DNA of 64,000 bases from an uncultured Candidatus Saccharibacteria bacterium (GCA_964436165.1 CAYTBY010000001.1:6777-70776); one strand, 5' to 3'. Positions 1 to 9,956 are shown, counted from the first letter of the stretch. Notes: a model not told the origin generated them from the letters alone. Numbers and translations: made by a program.

Positions 1-45
1 ATCAGTTTAAGCAAGAATGCCATATTTACTTTTTGGGATGACATC

Positions 46-681
46 ATGGCTATGGCTCTGGCTTACTTTTTTCTGCAGGAATCCAAGTTTTGGAACGTCT
101 CTCTTGCGGTAGGTGTGGTTTTAAGCCTGTCTTCTATGGTTATGTTTTCTTTGCACAAATATTATAAATCAAGAGTTAAAGGCAATGATTTAGGAGAAAA
201 TAATAGTAGTAAATTATCGGAATTTTTTATTTATGTAGCGATCTATAGTTTTATTTGGGGGGCGGTATTCTTCTTTATAAGGTATCAGGCTCTCAAGAAC
301 TTTCCTGTTACTGGCTTTCTTGCATTTTGGTTTATCGGAACCCTTTTAGCTGCTTCTTTAATACTTTTCATCAGCAAGAAAATTAACAATCGAGTTGCGA
401 ATACTGTCGACCACGATTTTTCTTATGACTTGTCCAGGAAAGATATACGGGGCGTGTTTTGGCTAAGCATCTCTATTGTTGCTTCTTTGGCCCTGACCTT
501 TTGGTCATATAAAGTAGCTCCACTAACCGTAAGCCAACCGATTTTCCTGGTGGGAGAAATGATTCTTCCGGCTTTTTTAGGCCTCTATTACTTTAAAGAA
601 ATTAAGAAACTAGATTTGAAGGAGAAATTAATTTTCTCGGTCGGTATTGTTGGCGGCCTGATCGTTATTCTCAGCTTTTAA
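46..681 (+). CDS. DMT/EamA-like polytopic membrane transporter. Probably the C-terminal part of a gene that begins upstream of the window.
   Basis: Multi-TM hydrophobic protein with paired EamA-like halves. The reading frame is open from nt 1 to 45, so the true start may lie upstream. Confidence 0.45.
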   Translation: MAMALAYFFLQESKFWNVSLAVGVVLSLSSMVMFSLHKYYKSRVKGNDLGENNSSKLSEFFIYVAIYSFIWGAVFFFIRYQALKNFPVTGFLAFWFIGTLLAASLILFISKKINNRVANTVDHDFSYDLSRKDIRGVFWLSISIVASLALTFWSYKVAPLTVSQPIFLVGEMILPAFLGLYYFKEIKKLDLKEKLIFSVGIVGGLIVILSF

Positions 682-702
682 CGCCGATCTTATGGTGTAA
701 AT

Positions 703-729
703 AAAAAAAGACCCATATCGCGGGTCTCG
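703..729 (-). terminator. Rho-independent terminator shared by convergent genes. The hairpin is AGACCC-atatcgc-GGGTCT with an A7 run on the plus strand, which is a T-run on the minus strand.
   Basis: GC stem-loop at 709-727. It is preceded by aaaaaaa and sits between the convergent CDS 46..681 and 745..1764. Confidence 0.55.
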
Positions 730-744
730 TAAGTTTAGATCATT

Positions 745-1764
745 TTAGATATTGGCAAAGATAGTCAGGGTTCCTATTAAACCGATGGCCATTGCCAGTT
801 TACCCTGCCTGGTAAAGTCCTTGAATTCATTAAATACATATAGGCCGATCAGAAGAGGGATCATGACTTGGCCCATTTGGAATATCGGCCGTACCTTCAA
901 TACTTCAGCTAGGGCGAAAGCCTGATAAGAAAGACCAAGACTGATAAATACTACCAGCGAGAGCAGTAATACTGGGTAAATACCTTTTAAAGTTAATTTA
1001 CCGGAAGCCTCTTCCTTGCTGCCAAGAAAAAGAATCAACAGAGAACCAATGAAACTGCTCCCATACCAAGCCGGTAGGAAGTAAAATATCGATAAGCCGT
1101 TAAGACTCAAAACTCTGAACATGAAACTTGTAAGCCCCCAGCCCAAATTATAACCCATTACCCATTTCCAAATCGTCCGATTGTTTTTTCTGCCCTGTTC
1201 TTGAAGAAGGGCTTTATTTTTGTCATCCGTGTCTTTGGGGATGGCGATGGGAGCAGTGACGAACAAAACTGCAGCAATTAAGACCAGGACAATGCCAAGG
1301 CTCCATGATAAGGTGATGACCTTGCTTTCGTTAAGGATGAAATAGGCCAGGATCATTGATAGGATATCATCACCTTGAGTGAAAAGGGCGGTTTTGGTCA
1401 CGTTTAGATCGGTGGCTCGCCATTGGCAGTAACAAGCTCCGCTATTTATTAGACCCATGCCCACTACTAACAAGAAAAAACCATTAAACTGGCTGGAGTC
1501 AAAATCGGTTGAAATAGCTCCAAAAACAAGAGATAAAAAAAAGCAGGTGAAAAACTGGAGGACCAATTTTTTTGTTCTTGATAAAGAACTGGCAACGATC
1601 TTAATAAGTATCGATGCTACTCCATTAGCTATCGCTACTCTCAGAAATACAGTCTGCTGCCAACCTGACAAAAAAATCGCGGCTATTACCATGAACGCAA
1701 AAGCGCTTATTATCGCCAGGAGTATTTTTTTCTGCTTTGTCACTCCCAACACCCTTGTTTTCAA
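745..1764 (-). CDS. DMT/EamA-family 10-TM membrane transporter
   Basis: 339 aa, about 10 predicted TM helices. Two-domain organisation typical of the drug/metabolite transporter superfamily. Confidence 0.45.
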   Translation of the reverse strand: MKTRVLGVTKQKKILLAIISAFAFMVIAAIFLSGWQQTVFLRVAIANGVASILIKIVASSLSRTKKLVLQFFTCFFLSLVFGAISTDFDSSQFNGFFLLVVGMGLINSGACYCQWRATDLNVTKTALFTQGDDILSMILAYFILNESKVITLSWSLGIVLVLIAAVLFVTAPIAIPKDTDDKNKALLQEQGRKNNRTIWKWVMGYNLGWGLTSFMFRVLSLNGLSIFYFLPAWYGSSFIGSLLILFLGSKEEASGKLTLKGIYPVLLLSLVVFISLGLSYQAFALAEVLKVRPIFQMGQVMIPLLIGLYVFNEFKDFTRQGKLAMAIGLIGTLTIFANI

Positions 1765-1827
1765 AGACCCGTAACTTCAAGATTACTATATTTGATAAAC
1801 CATGAAATGTCAAGCCTTGACAAATGA

Positions 1828-2466
1828 TCAGTATTTTTTTAGCAAAAATGCCGAATCAACATTATCACTGTTCAGATACTTGTATTTCTTTTCTTTTATT
1901 AGTTTTAGATCGATAAATTCATCCAGATACATTTTCGCAAAGTTGCCTTTCCAGAGACGGTTCTTGTGACCGCGATAGGTAATAGCTTGTGTCTGGGGGC
2001 TGAAATATTCAAATCCCCAGATGTATTTTCTTGATGTCCGGCAGATCTCTTTCATTATTTTTTTTATATCTTTAGGATTGATATGGATCAAAACTCCGGA
2101 AGTAAAAACAAGATCAAAATAATTGTCTTTGAACGGCAGGTCAAAAGCGCTTCCCTGAATGATGTTGATGTTTTTAGTATTTGTCTTTGCCAACTCCACC
2201 GCCTTAGGGAATATTTCAATTCCATATAGATTTTTAAATCCTTGCCCCTGAAGTATATTCAGCTGAACCCCAATATTACATCCCACCTCAAGAATGTTAT
2301 TTATTCCCAAATTCCCCAGAAAGTTTTTATTTAACCTCGAGCGAGAAATTCCAAAATTCCTAGTATAAAAATCATCCAGTTGTTTGGGAGAAAATGTATT
2401 CCTGTCTATATATTCTTGGCCGAAATTGGATGACCAAAATTTTTCCTGAATAGTTTGTTTCGTCAT
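1828..2466 (-). CDS. Class I SAM-dependent methyltransferase resembling the methylase associated with pseudaminic-acid clusters
   Basis: LEVGCNIGVQLNIL is a SAM motif I (hh[DE]hGxGxG-like). It has an acidic loop and an FDLVFTSGVLIHI motif. It overlaps the PseC-like gene by 4 nt (ATGA), so the two are translationally coupled. Confidence 0.55.
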   Translation of the reverse strand: MTKQTIQEKFWSSNFGQEYIDRNTFSPKQLDDFYTRNFGISRSRLNKNFLGNLGINNILEVGCNIGVQLNILQGQGFKNLYGIEIFPKAVELAKTNTKNINIIQGSAFDLPFKDNYFDLVFTSGVLIHINPKDIKKIMKEICRTSRKYIWGFEYFSPQTQAITYRGHKNRLWKGNFAKMYLDEFIDLKLIKEKKYKYLNSDNVDSAFLLKKY

Positions 2467-3623
2467 CTAAAGAAGTTTTTTATTTGATTGCAGATGTATT
2501 TTATGTTTTCTGGTTTTAAGTTCGGATAAAGGGGGAGAGTGATACAGGAGTTGTGATATATCTCTTCATTATTAAGCTTTATATTTTTGTGTCCGCTTTC
2601 TCTGTAATAGGGATGAGAGTATACGGCTGGATAGTGAAAATTTACACCGATACCCTGCCCCTTTAAATAAGATGCCAATTTATTTCGTATAGCCGGATTC
2701 TTCACTCTTATTACAAAAATGTGGTTGGCGGAAGTACCATCTTCAGTTGTCGAAGGAAGGACGATATCCTTTATGCTCTTTAATTTCTCAACATAAGCAT
2801 TAAAGATAGCTTGTCTTGCTTTTATAAATCCATCCAGTTTTTTAAGCTGGCTTAAGCCCAGGGCTGTTTGGATGTCAGTAAGTCTATAATTATGCCCTAA
2901 AGCAGTCATGACATTAAATCCGTCTTTATCTTTGTTTATTCCGTGGGACCGAAGATGTATTAATCTTTCGCAGTAGCTTTTATTGTTAGTTAATATTGCT
3001 CCGCCTTCACCGGTAGTGATTGATTTAACCGGATGAAAACTAAAAATAGTCATATCACCGATACTGCCTATTTTTTTGTTCTGATATGACGCCCCTAATG
3101 CATGACAGGCATCTTCGATAATCAGTAGTTTATATTTTTTAGCTACTTTGTTAATGACATCCATTTCGCAAGGATGGCCGGCAAAGTGAACGGGAACTAT
3201 GGCTTTTGTTCTGGGCGTGATCAGTTCCTCGATTTTGGATGCGTCTATATTATAATTATCCAGACGAATATCACAAAAGACCGGCTTGGCACCTACGGCC
3301 AGTAACATATTGGAAGTAGCAGCAAAGGTGTTGGGTGTAGTAATCACTTCATCGCCAGATTGGATATTTGCGGCTAAATAAGCTAAATGAAGGGCGGCGG
3401 TGCCACTAGAAACCGCAACAGCATAACTAGCTCCACAGTATTTAGCCAGAGCATTTTCAAATTCTTTTACTTTGGGACCCTGGGTCAGCCAATCGGATTT
3501 GAGAACGGCAATAACCGCCCTGATATCATCGGTATCGATTTTCTGGCGGCCATAGGGGATGAGAGTGTTTCCTAGGAAAGCGTTGGTTCTATTTTTGATT
3601 TGAGCTCTTGTTCTGTTAGCCAT
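2463..3623 (-). CDS. pseC: DegT/DnrJ/EryC1/StrS-family PLP-dependent sugar aminotransferase (PseC-like, UDP-4-keto-6-deoxy-HexNAc 4-aminotransferase)
   Basis: N-terminal LIPYGRQ. The block SSGTAALHLAY...DEVITTPNTF...IVPVHFAGH...EDACHALGA...FSFHPVKSITTGEGG contains the PLP lysine. The gene sits immediately downstream of the PseB-like gene. Confidence 0.8.
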   Translation of the reverse strand: MANRTRAQIKNRTNAFLGNTLIPYGRQKIDTDDIRAVIAVLKSDWLTQGPKVKEFENALAKYCGASYAVAVSSGTAALHLAYLAANIQSGDEVITTPNTFAATSNMLLAVGAKPVFCDIRLDNYNIDASKIEELITPRTKAIVPVHFAGHPCEMDVINKVAKKYKLLIIEDACHALGASYQNKKIGSIGDMTIFSFHPVKSITTGEGGAILTNNKSYCERLIHLRSHGINKDKDGFNVMTALGHNYRLTDIQTALGLSQLKKLDGFIKARQAIFNAYVEKLKSIKDIVLPSTTEDGTSANHIFVIRVKNPAIRNKLASYLKGQGIGVNFHYPAVYSHPYYRESGHKNIKLNNEEIYHNSCITLPLYPNLKPENIKYICNQIKNFFR

Positions 3624-4558
3624 GTATCGTTTGTATTACTGGCAAATGCGATATGGGTATTAAGCTTGGTGCCCATATCGAAGTAATGGTCAAAAAGTTT
3701 TGCCTTGGGTTTAAATTCGGGAAGAATGACAAAGTATCTATCCACTAATATAGTATTACGAGCCTCATGTTCAGTTAGGAGTGTCTCGTGGATTTTTTCT
3801 CCGGGTCGAATACCGATGATTACTTTTTTAGCCTGGGGGGCGAGAGCATCAAACAGTTCGGTGATTTTCATGCTGGGAATTTTGGGTACAATTATCTCTC
3901 CTCCGCCCATATGTTTAATAGCAAATGATACAAGTTGGAAGCTTTCCGGAAGAGTAAGCCAAAAACGGGTCATCTCTGGGTGGGTGATAAATACTTTTTC
4001 TGCCGCCGGTTTTTTTAGGAGGGTTTCAACGATACTGCCCCGGCTTCCCATTACATTACCGTAGCGCACGGCACTGAAGATACTACGTTTTGTAAGCGAT
4101 GTATAAGAATTTGCAGCTACAAAAAGTTTTTCGGCAGCCAGTTTAGTCGCTCCATACAGGTTGATTGGCTGAACCGCCTTGTCACTTGAGATGAGAAGCG
4201 TTTTTGAAACCTTTTGATCAATCGAAGCATCAATTATATTTTGCGAGCCGATTATGTTGGTTTTTACTGCTTCAAATGGATTGTACTCCAGCGTAGGAAC
4301 TTGTTTTAATGCGGCGGCATGGATAACCATATCTACGCCATAAAAGGCTCGCTGAAGGCGGGATAAATCCCGGACATCGCCGATAAAAAACCTAATTCGC
4401 GGATCACCTATCTCTTTTTGCATTTCATATTGCTTGAACTCGTCTCGACTGAAAATAATCAGTTTTTTTAGTTTGCTATTCTTAAGCAAAAATTTAGCAA
4501 AATTTTTGCCGAATGAACCAGTGCCGCCGGTTATAAGAATTGTCTTATTTTTAAACAT
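3572..4558 (-). CDS. pseB: UDP-N-acetylglucosamine 4,6-dehydratase of the PseB/FlaA1/CapE family
   Basis: ILITGGTGSFGK Rossmann motif, RDE(F)KQ.EM, DVRD, HAAALKQVP, PINLYGATK (YxxxK), and VRYGNVMGSRGS. Near-colinear with Helicobacter FlaA1/PseB from memory. Confidence 0.85.
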   Translation of the reverse strand: MFKNKTILITGGTGSFGKNFAKFLLKNSKLKKLIIFSRDEFKQYEMQKEIGDPRIRFFIGDVRDLSRLQRAFYGVDMVIHAAALKQVPTLEYNPFEAVKTNIIGSQNIIDASIDQKVSKTLLISSDKAVQPINLYGATKLAAEKLFVAANSYTSLTKRSIFSAVRYGNVMGSRGSIVETLLKKPAAEKVFITHPEMTRFWLTLPESFQLVSFAIKHMGGGEIIVPKIPSMKITELFDALAPQAKKVIIGIRPGEKIHETLLTEHEARNTILVDRYFVILPEFKPKAKLFDHYFDMGTKLNTHIAFASNTNDTWLTEQELKSKIEPTLS

Positions 4559-4570
4559 TGTCGTCTTTAA

Positions 4571-4610
4571 AGTCTATCAAATGGTGTCAAATAGTGTCAA
4601 ACGGTGTCAG
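4571..4610 (-). promoter_or_regulatory. Four tandem 10-bp direct repeats. The plus-strand consensus is nGTnTCAAA, which reads TTTGACAC on the minus strand. They lie immediately upstream of the pseB-like start and are a candidate operator/promoter.
   Basis: The repeats agtctatcaa / atggtgtcaa / atagtgtcaa / acggtgtcag have 10-bp periodicity. The same architecture recurs at 34697..34726. Confidence 0.45.
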
Positions 4611-4643
4611 AGAAAATGATTATAAATTCTTAGAAGCTGTCTT

Positions 4644-5729
4644 TCAGGTAAAGGAATTCATTATCGGCTTAAAATCTTTGTAATACTTGGAGCTCGGCTC
4701 TAAGACCTCATAGTGTAAATATTTTTTGCCGGTTTTAAGGGGTTTTACTTTGGTTCTATATATTTTTTTGATAATCGGAAAAGTGCTGCCAATCATTGAT
4801 CTCAGGCGGCGGTAGCGGATTGAATACTGACTTTCGGGTTTTTGGGCTGATGGAAATTCATCGCCGAAGTCTTTAATCAACAGCCAATTAAGAAATCCCC
4901 AAAGAGCTTTACGAAATGCAGTTTTTGCTTCTTTCTCGCCAATACCGTCAACGGCCATTATTTCTTTAGCAAGAATATCCTCGGCCATTTTATAAGATTT
5001 ATACCAGTGTTCCTTCATTATCCAATCAAAGGCATTATATGTGGCGAGATGGCGGTTGTGTATCTGCCTGACCAGACTTAAACAATCAATAATTTTCGAC
5101 TTACCCCCGACAAGCAATAAAGCGCTGGGAACAACCTCGGTGGCTAGAGAACGGTCGGGAATATCTTTTCCAGCGAGCCAATATCTGCGCATGGGATCCA
5201 TACGATGGACAGAAAATCCAGGCGTATAATATTCTCGGAAAAATTTGACGACCCTTTCGGATGCCGTCTCAAGTTCAATTTGTTTTCTGGGGTAATCCGC
5301 GAGGTAGTTTAATTCGCCGTGAACGCCGTTATTCTTGAGGCGAAAGCTTACCGCATAGCCGCCGGCCGATGCATAATCCGGATGCTCTTCAAGAAATTCT
5401 GCGCACTTTGTAAGAGAATCGGGTATGAAATAATCATCATCGCCGATACTTGCGCCGTATTTTTCTTTTATTAAAGATACCAGGTCGTTATGGCTATCGA
5501 TTTGTGTGAAAGATTCAGATTCTCGATATAGTTTATAGATTACTTTTAATGCGCCCTCCAGTTTTTTAATTGCCGTCTGGATTTTATTGCCATGTTCTTC
5601 GTCACTGCCGTCGGCGATATACACCGGATGGGGGGAATTTACGGATGCATAGTACTCCAACTGTCTAATTACAAAATCAGACCGGTTGCGAGTCCTAAAA
5701 TATATAGCCACCAGGGGTTTATTATCCAT
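4644..5729 (-). CDS. Hypothetical protein with a GT-A-like N-terminus (putative glycosyltransferase)
   Basis: VAIYFRTRNR...YIADGSDEE resembles the GT2 motifs (IIPTYNR ... DDGS). The rest of the protein has no recognisable motif. Confidence 0.3.
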   Translation of the reverse strand: MDNKPLVAIYFRTRNRSDFVIRQLEYYASVNSPHPVYIADGSDEEHGNKIQTAIKKLEGALKVIYKLYRESESFTQIDSHNDLVSLIKEKYGASIGDDDYFIPDSLTKCAEFLEEHPDYASAGGYAVSFRLKNNGVHGELNYLADYPRKQIELETASERVVKFFREYYTPGFSVHRMDPMRRYWLAGKDIPDRSLATEVVPSALLLVGGKSKIIDCLSLVRQIHNRHLATYNAFDWIMKEHWYKSYKMAEDILAKEIMAVDGIGEKEAKTAFRKALWGFLNWLLIKDFGDEFPSAQKPESQYSIRYRRLRSMIGSTFPIIKKIYRTKVKPLKTGKKYLHYEVLEPSSKYYKDFKPIMNSFT

Positions 5730-5766
5730 GGTGGTAATCTATCATAATTATAAAAAAACACCACAT

Positions 5767-6726
5767 TTATGTGGTGTAATGTTTTTTGTACCATTCAATA
5801 GTTTTTCTAATTCCTTCGTCTATATTTATTTCCGGTTGCCAGCCCAGTTGCTCTCTTGCCTTGCCGATGTCGATAGTAATAGAACTGTCTTTGATTGTCG
5901 GTTTGGAAAGATCGTTGACTATTTTGAGATCTTTTCCGGACTGTCTTACAATTTTTTCAACCAGTTCTCTGACCGAGACCGTCTCTCCCCGGCCCACATT
6001 GAATATTTCAAATGAGGTTTTTTGCCGATTCATCGCCATGCCGACAAACCGGACCAGGTCATCAATATAAAGCAAATCTCGTCTTTCCTCGCCCGTACCC
6101 CAAATTGTAATTTCTCCATTTGTTGCGTTTAATACTTTATTGATCGTGGCGCCAAAAACATGCGACTTTTCAAGATCAAACTTATCATGGGGGCCGTAGA
6201 TGTTGGAATGTCGAATAACGGTATACCGGGTTCTTCCCTGACGGGCATAGAACTCACATTGTTTTTCGAGGTAAATTTTTGTCCAGCCGGCGGCAAAATA
6301 ATCTCCTAATTCTCTGTTAAGATCCACGTCTGTTTCTTTAAGGAGCCGGTGTCCAAATTCATACATGATGGTACAGCTGAAGAATAACACGTGAGGAACT
6401 TTTCTCTGATGAGCGGCGCGGAAAATGAGAGAATTCATTATTGCATTATCCGTTACGTGTATTTCGGGGTGCTCCTTTATTATCTTAGAACCTGATGTGG
6501 TAGCGGCGGCTTGGACGATTACATCAAAACCTTCACTAAGCAAATTGTCGACGCTTGTTGGATCAGTCAGGTTAACTCGCCTGAGACTTTCGGCGGGAAT
6601 TAATGATGGTGGATTGGATCTGTAAGCACCCGTAACTTCGAGGTCGCTATTCTGCGATAGGGCATTGAAAATATTCCGGCCGATGAACCCGCTGGCGCCG
6701 CAAATAAGAATCCTTTTCTTTTTCAT
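5767..6726 (-). CDS. NAD-dependent epimerase/dehydratase (extended SDR)
   Basis: ILICGASGFIGRN Rossmann motif, YxxxK-type core, and a C-terminal substrate domain. The start at 6726 is preferred because it forms an ATGA overlap with the stop of the upstream gene. The ORF table start of 6765 adds 13 aa. Confidence 0.7.
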   Translation of the reverse strand: MKKKRILICGASGFIGRNIFNALSQNSDLEVTGAYRSNPPSLIPAESLRRVNLTDPTSVDNLLSEGFDVIVQAAATTSGSKIIKEHPEIHVTDNAIMNSLIFRAAHQRKVPHVLFFSCTIMYEFGHRLLKETDVDLNRELGDYFAAGWTKIYLEKQCEFYARQGRTRYTVIRHSNIYGPHDKFDLEKSHVFGATINKVLNATNGEITIWGTGEERRDLLYIDDLVRFVGMAMNRQKTSFEIFNVGRGETVSVRELVEKIVRQSGKDLKIVNDLSKPTIKDSSITIDIGKAREQLGWQPEINIDEGIRKTIEWYKKHYTT

Positions 6727-7709
6727 TGTTGAGCAACCTCCTCTTTTCTGACTGCTTGGCGGCAAGACTGCAGAAGGTATTCAACGCTTTCCTCGAAGCT
6801 ATATTTTGGTTCCCAACCCGTCTGTTTTTTGAATTTATCCGAATTTATAATCTGCAGAGTGGCATCCACCGGACGGAATAAATTTTGGTCGGCCTTGGAG
6901 GGTATCGGGCAGTGAGCTTTTCTTTTCAGCATTTCCAAAAACTCACCCACAGTTACGATCTTGTTTCCGCCGATATTATAGACCTCTCCCGCTGTTCCCT
7001 TTTCCATGGCTGTCCAATATGCGCTTGCACAGTCTCTTGCGTCCAGAATCGTCCGGGTGGATTCAAGGTTTCCGTGGAGAAGAACTTTCTGTAAGCCGGT
7101 TTCAATGCGCGCTACTTGCATTGCAAAAGCAGTAGCGAACAGGTCCGCTCTGCGGGGGTTGATGTAAGTAGACATCCGGGTGATGATAACTGGCAGACCG
7201 TAACCTTTAAAATATGAATAGCCGAGAGATTCTTGGGCAAACTTGGATACGGCGTATGGATTGTTCGGGTTAATCGGGCAATTCTCGTCTATCGGTATAT
7301 TTTTAGGATCTACTTGCCCGTAAACTTCGGGGGTACTGCACATCTGGACTCGGGGATGTATGTTGGCTAACCGGATCGCTTCCAACAGATTGGCTGTGCT
7401 GATAATATTGTTTCGAAGGGTAAAGGTTATCTTGTCCCAGGATTCTCTTACGTTGGCATAGGAGGCGATGTGGAAAACAAGGTCCGGTTTAAGTCCGGCA
7501 ACCAACTGATACGTGGCGGAATAATCATCCAAGTCGCAGTCGTGAAGAAACAGCTTGTCTGTAATATTTTGGATATTTTTTTGAGAGCGAGAACTACACG
7601 AGCGAAAAGTGCCATGAAGCTCCACTTCCGGATGGTTGTTAACAACATATTCGGCTAAATAGCTGGCTCCTGAACCTGTGATGCCGGTAATCAAAGCTTT
7701 TACAGGCAC
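6723..7709 (-). CDS. NAD-dependent sugar epimerase/dehydratase (extended SDR, GMD/4,6-dehydratase-like fold)
   Basis: ALITGITGSGASYLAEY resembles the TGxTGQDGSYLAE motif of NDP-sugar dehydratases. The YAVSK catalytic dyad is present. Confidence 0.65.
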   Translation of the reverse strand: MPVKALITGITGSGASYLAEYVVNNHPEVELHGTFRSCSSRSQKNIQNITDKLFLHDCDLDDYSATYQLVAGLKPDLVFHIASYANVRESWDKITFTLRNNIISTANLLEAIRLANIHPRVQMCSTPEVYGQVDPKNIPIDENCPINPNNPYAVSKFAQESLGYSYFKGYGLPVIITRMSTYINPRRADLFATAFAMQVARIETGLQKVLLHGNLESTRTILDARDCASAYWTAMEKGTAGEVYNIGGNKIVTVGEFLEMLKRKAHCPIPSKADQNLFRPVDATLQIINSDKFKKQTGWEPKYSFEESVEYLLQSCRQAVRKEEVAQQ

Positions 7710-7770
7710 TCCATATCTCCTTTTTAAGGTGCAAAGTTTCTATACGGATAACATAAAAGCTTATACTTGT

Positions 7771-7797
7771 ACAGAAAACCCGAGAATTTTTCTCGGG
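7771..7797 (-). terminator. Rho-independent terminator downstream of radical SAM gene 1
   Basis: CCCGAGAA-ttttt-CTCGGG hairpin. On the minus strand it is followed by a T-run. Confidence 0.5.
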
Positions 7798-7808
7798 CTG
7801 TAATTAGT

Positions 7809-9956
7809 TTAGTGATGGCCGGCAATTTCTTGGTGCGGGTTTTTATTGCCGTTATAGAGATAGGCACCTCGTCTATTGGAATACCAAACCATTTTCTGGT
7901 ACCAATCTTCCCATGTCGGCCACGTTTGAGATCTGCGGTCGATTGTGAATTCTTGAGGTTCATGAGCTAAAGGAATTTTTTGACCCACTAAAACCGATCT
8001 ATAAATACCCCAGGTATTGTAAGAAAGGCGGATACTTATATCTTCTGCCTGAAAAGGTATTTTTAGCAAATGGCGGTTGAGATTAATTGATTCTTCAAGG
8101 ATTTCGATCGGAACTTCAGAGTTTGACATCGCTAGATATCTCAAGAGCTGTCCGGCTTCTTTGTAAAAATCTTCGAGTTTACCTTCCCGGCACAGCTTAA
8201 TCAGGATATGTTCATCGGGCATCCAGTAGATTTTCAGCCACTCTTCCGAATATATGAATTCACCCTGCTTGCCTGCTTGAATGTCCCGGCCAGTTTGAGA
8301 GAAGAATCTGTTAATTTCTGAGAGTACCGGGAAATTGCCGTATTTTGAGAACTGATCAAAGCTGAAAAGTTCCAAGATCTGCCGATAACTAAAGCCATAA
8401 ACTTCGTGGAGGATAATTATGGGAATTTGAAGGAGTTTGCTGAAATAAAATAAGTTTACAGTCCAGCAAAGGATATATGTCTTAACCCAATCTTCGGGCG
8501 GCATAGTGTTGGTTCCAATGACGAATTCTTGTAATTCATCAATTCCGGTATCGGAGTCATTTTTACTGCCGTGAGCATTTATAATTTTTGTTTTTACCGT
8601 TTTGAATCCGTAGCGTTCCTGATATTCCCAATCCGCCATCTCGGTATTGCAAAGGATGGAAAGAATGTTGAACTGAATCCGATTATGCTGGCCGTTAGTA
8701 ATTAATGTTGCAATTCCGTCAAAAAAGGTATCGAATGTTTCCTCGGGCATGCCGGGGATCAGGTCGGTCATGGTAAAAATTCTTTGGGCAGCTAATTCTT
8801 TTTGAATTTCATAATATTGTTCCAGCTTCATGTTATCGCGTCTCACGGCTTTAAGGGTCGGAGGATTAAGTGATTGCTGTGACATTACGGTAGCTTTGTT
8901 GAGGCCGGCTCTTTCCAGGGCTTTTAGGGCTCTAATTGTGTGGGCTTTAGGATTTTTAGAATTCTGGGTTGAGACAGCTTCGGGATAGCCGTATTTTACT
9001 TTCGATTCGGCAAAGAATTCTGCAATTTGCTCGTCTCTTTCTTTGATGCCCCAGTTAGCATCGCAAATAAACCAGTAGGGAACTTTATGCTGTCCGCACC
9101 ACATGATGTCGTTGTATATTTGTGTCATTGGAAATTCGCTCACACGATCTTCTGTCGCTCCGCCCCAATCGCAATATGTGCATGAGAAAGGACAGCCCCG
9201 GTTAGTTTCGTACATTGTGATAAAAACCTGATCCGGATTCTCTTCGATCAACTTATCAAAAACCCCAGTTGTAAAAGGAGATGGTACTTCGGCTAATTCA
9301 TTGTTTTTCATCCGCTCGAGTTTGTTATTGTAACAGAAATTCCCATTTGCATCAGTATAGCTGATTGAAGGAATCAGTCTTTTATTATAGCATCCGTCGA
9401 TTGCCATTTGTTCAAGAATCTTTGTGAATACTCTTTCGCCCTCGCCGTGAACGCAAATATCTATTTCCGGATGAGCCCGATGATAATCAGGGGTAAAATT
9501 TATTCGCTGACGTTTTTGTTCTTCTGCCGTCAGCTCGGTTGTCCTGTTGAGGCGGAATTGCTTCTTACTGTCCGGAACTTGCGGTCCTCCAAAAACAAGA
9601 ATTCCATTCGGATTCCTTTTTTTATATTCCTGCCCCAAGACTAAGGAGTGCTGTTCTCCCCAGGTGTAATTTCCTACGCCAAGTATGTCGCATTCACTTA
9701 ATTTTTCACATATCTCATCAATCTCTCTCCGGTTCTTCGGGAACTTGTAAATTATTTCTTTGAATTCAAGATCGTCGGGATATGGAAAGTGCCGTTTCGC
9801 GTATGCCTGGATTAAACCAGCGGCAAAGGGAAAATAATATTGTCCGGAAAAAGACGTATTTAACTGTATTTGGCCGATCCTTATTTGCCCGTTAGGTTTC
9901 GGCACAATTCTAGGGGGATTTTCGGTCACCGTTTTGAGAGGAATTATAGATCCCAT
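7809..9956 (-). CDS. B12-binding-domain radical SAM enzyme (715 aa, paralog 1)
   Basis: CPFSCTYC has the CxxxCxxC radical SAM cluster motif. The N-terminal region is B12-binding-like. A C-terminal extension of about 250 aa is shared with 16508..18580. Confidence 0.75.
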   Translation of the reverse strand: MGSIIPLKTVTENPPRIVPKPNGQIRIGQIQLNTSFSGQYYFPFAAGLIQAYAKRHFPYPDDLEFKEIIYKFPKNRREIDEICEKLSECDILGVGNYTWGEQHSLVLGQEYKKRNPNGILVFGGPQVPDSKKQFRLNRTTELTAEEQKRQRINFTPDYHRAHPEIDICVHGEGERVFTKILEQMAIDGCYNKRLIPSISYTDANGNFCYNNKLERMKNNELAEVPSPFTTGVFDKLIEENPDQVFITMYETNRGCPFSCTYCDWGGATEDRVSEFPMTQIYNDIMWCGQHKVPYWFICDANWGIKERDEQIAEFFAESKVKYGYPEAVSTQNSKNPKAHTIRALKALERAGLNKATVMSQQSLNPPTLKAVRRDNMKLEQYYEIQKELAAQRIFTMTDLIPGMPEETFDTFFDGIATLITNGQHNRIQFNILSILCNTEMADWEYQERYGFKTVKTKIINAHGSKNDSDTGIDELQEFVIGTNTMPPEDWVKTYILCWTVNLFYFSKLLQIPIIILHEVYGFSYRQILELFSFDQFSKYGNFPVLSEINRFFSQTGRDIQAGKQGEFIYSEEWLKIYWMPDEHILIKLCREGKLEDFYKEAGQLLRYLAMSNSEVPIEILEESINLNRHLLKIPFQAEDISIRLSYNTWGIYRSVLVGQKIPLAHEPQEFTIDRRSQTWPTWEDWYQKMVWYSNRRGAYLYNGNKNPHQEIAGHH

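Noticed and set aside
1457-1813. ORFs 1457..1774(+) and 1625..1813(-) from the six-frame table
   Set aside because: They lie entirely antisense to, or within, the 745..1764 transporter gene. They have no RBS and are low-complexity. These are spurious overlapping frames.
4571-4610. Possible CRISPR array suggested by short tandem repeats
   Set aside because: The units are 10 bp with no spacers, there are only 3-4 copies, and no cas genes are present. The pattern is operator- or promoter-like, not CRISPR.
3387-4619. ORFs 3387..3575(+), 3705..4064(+) and 4434..4619(+)
   Set aside because: Antisense to the well-supported pseC-like and pseB-like genes. Their composition is that of mirrored codons.
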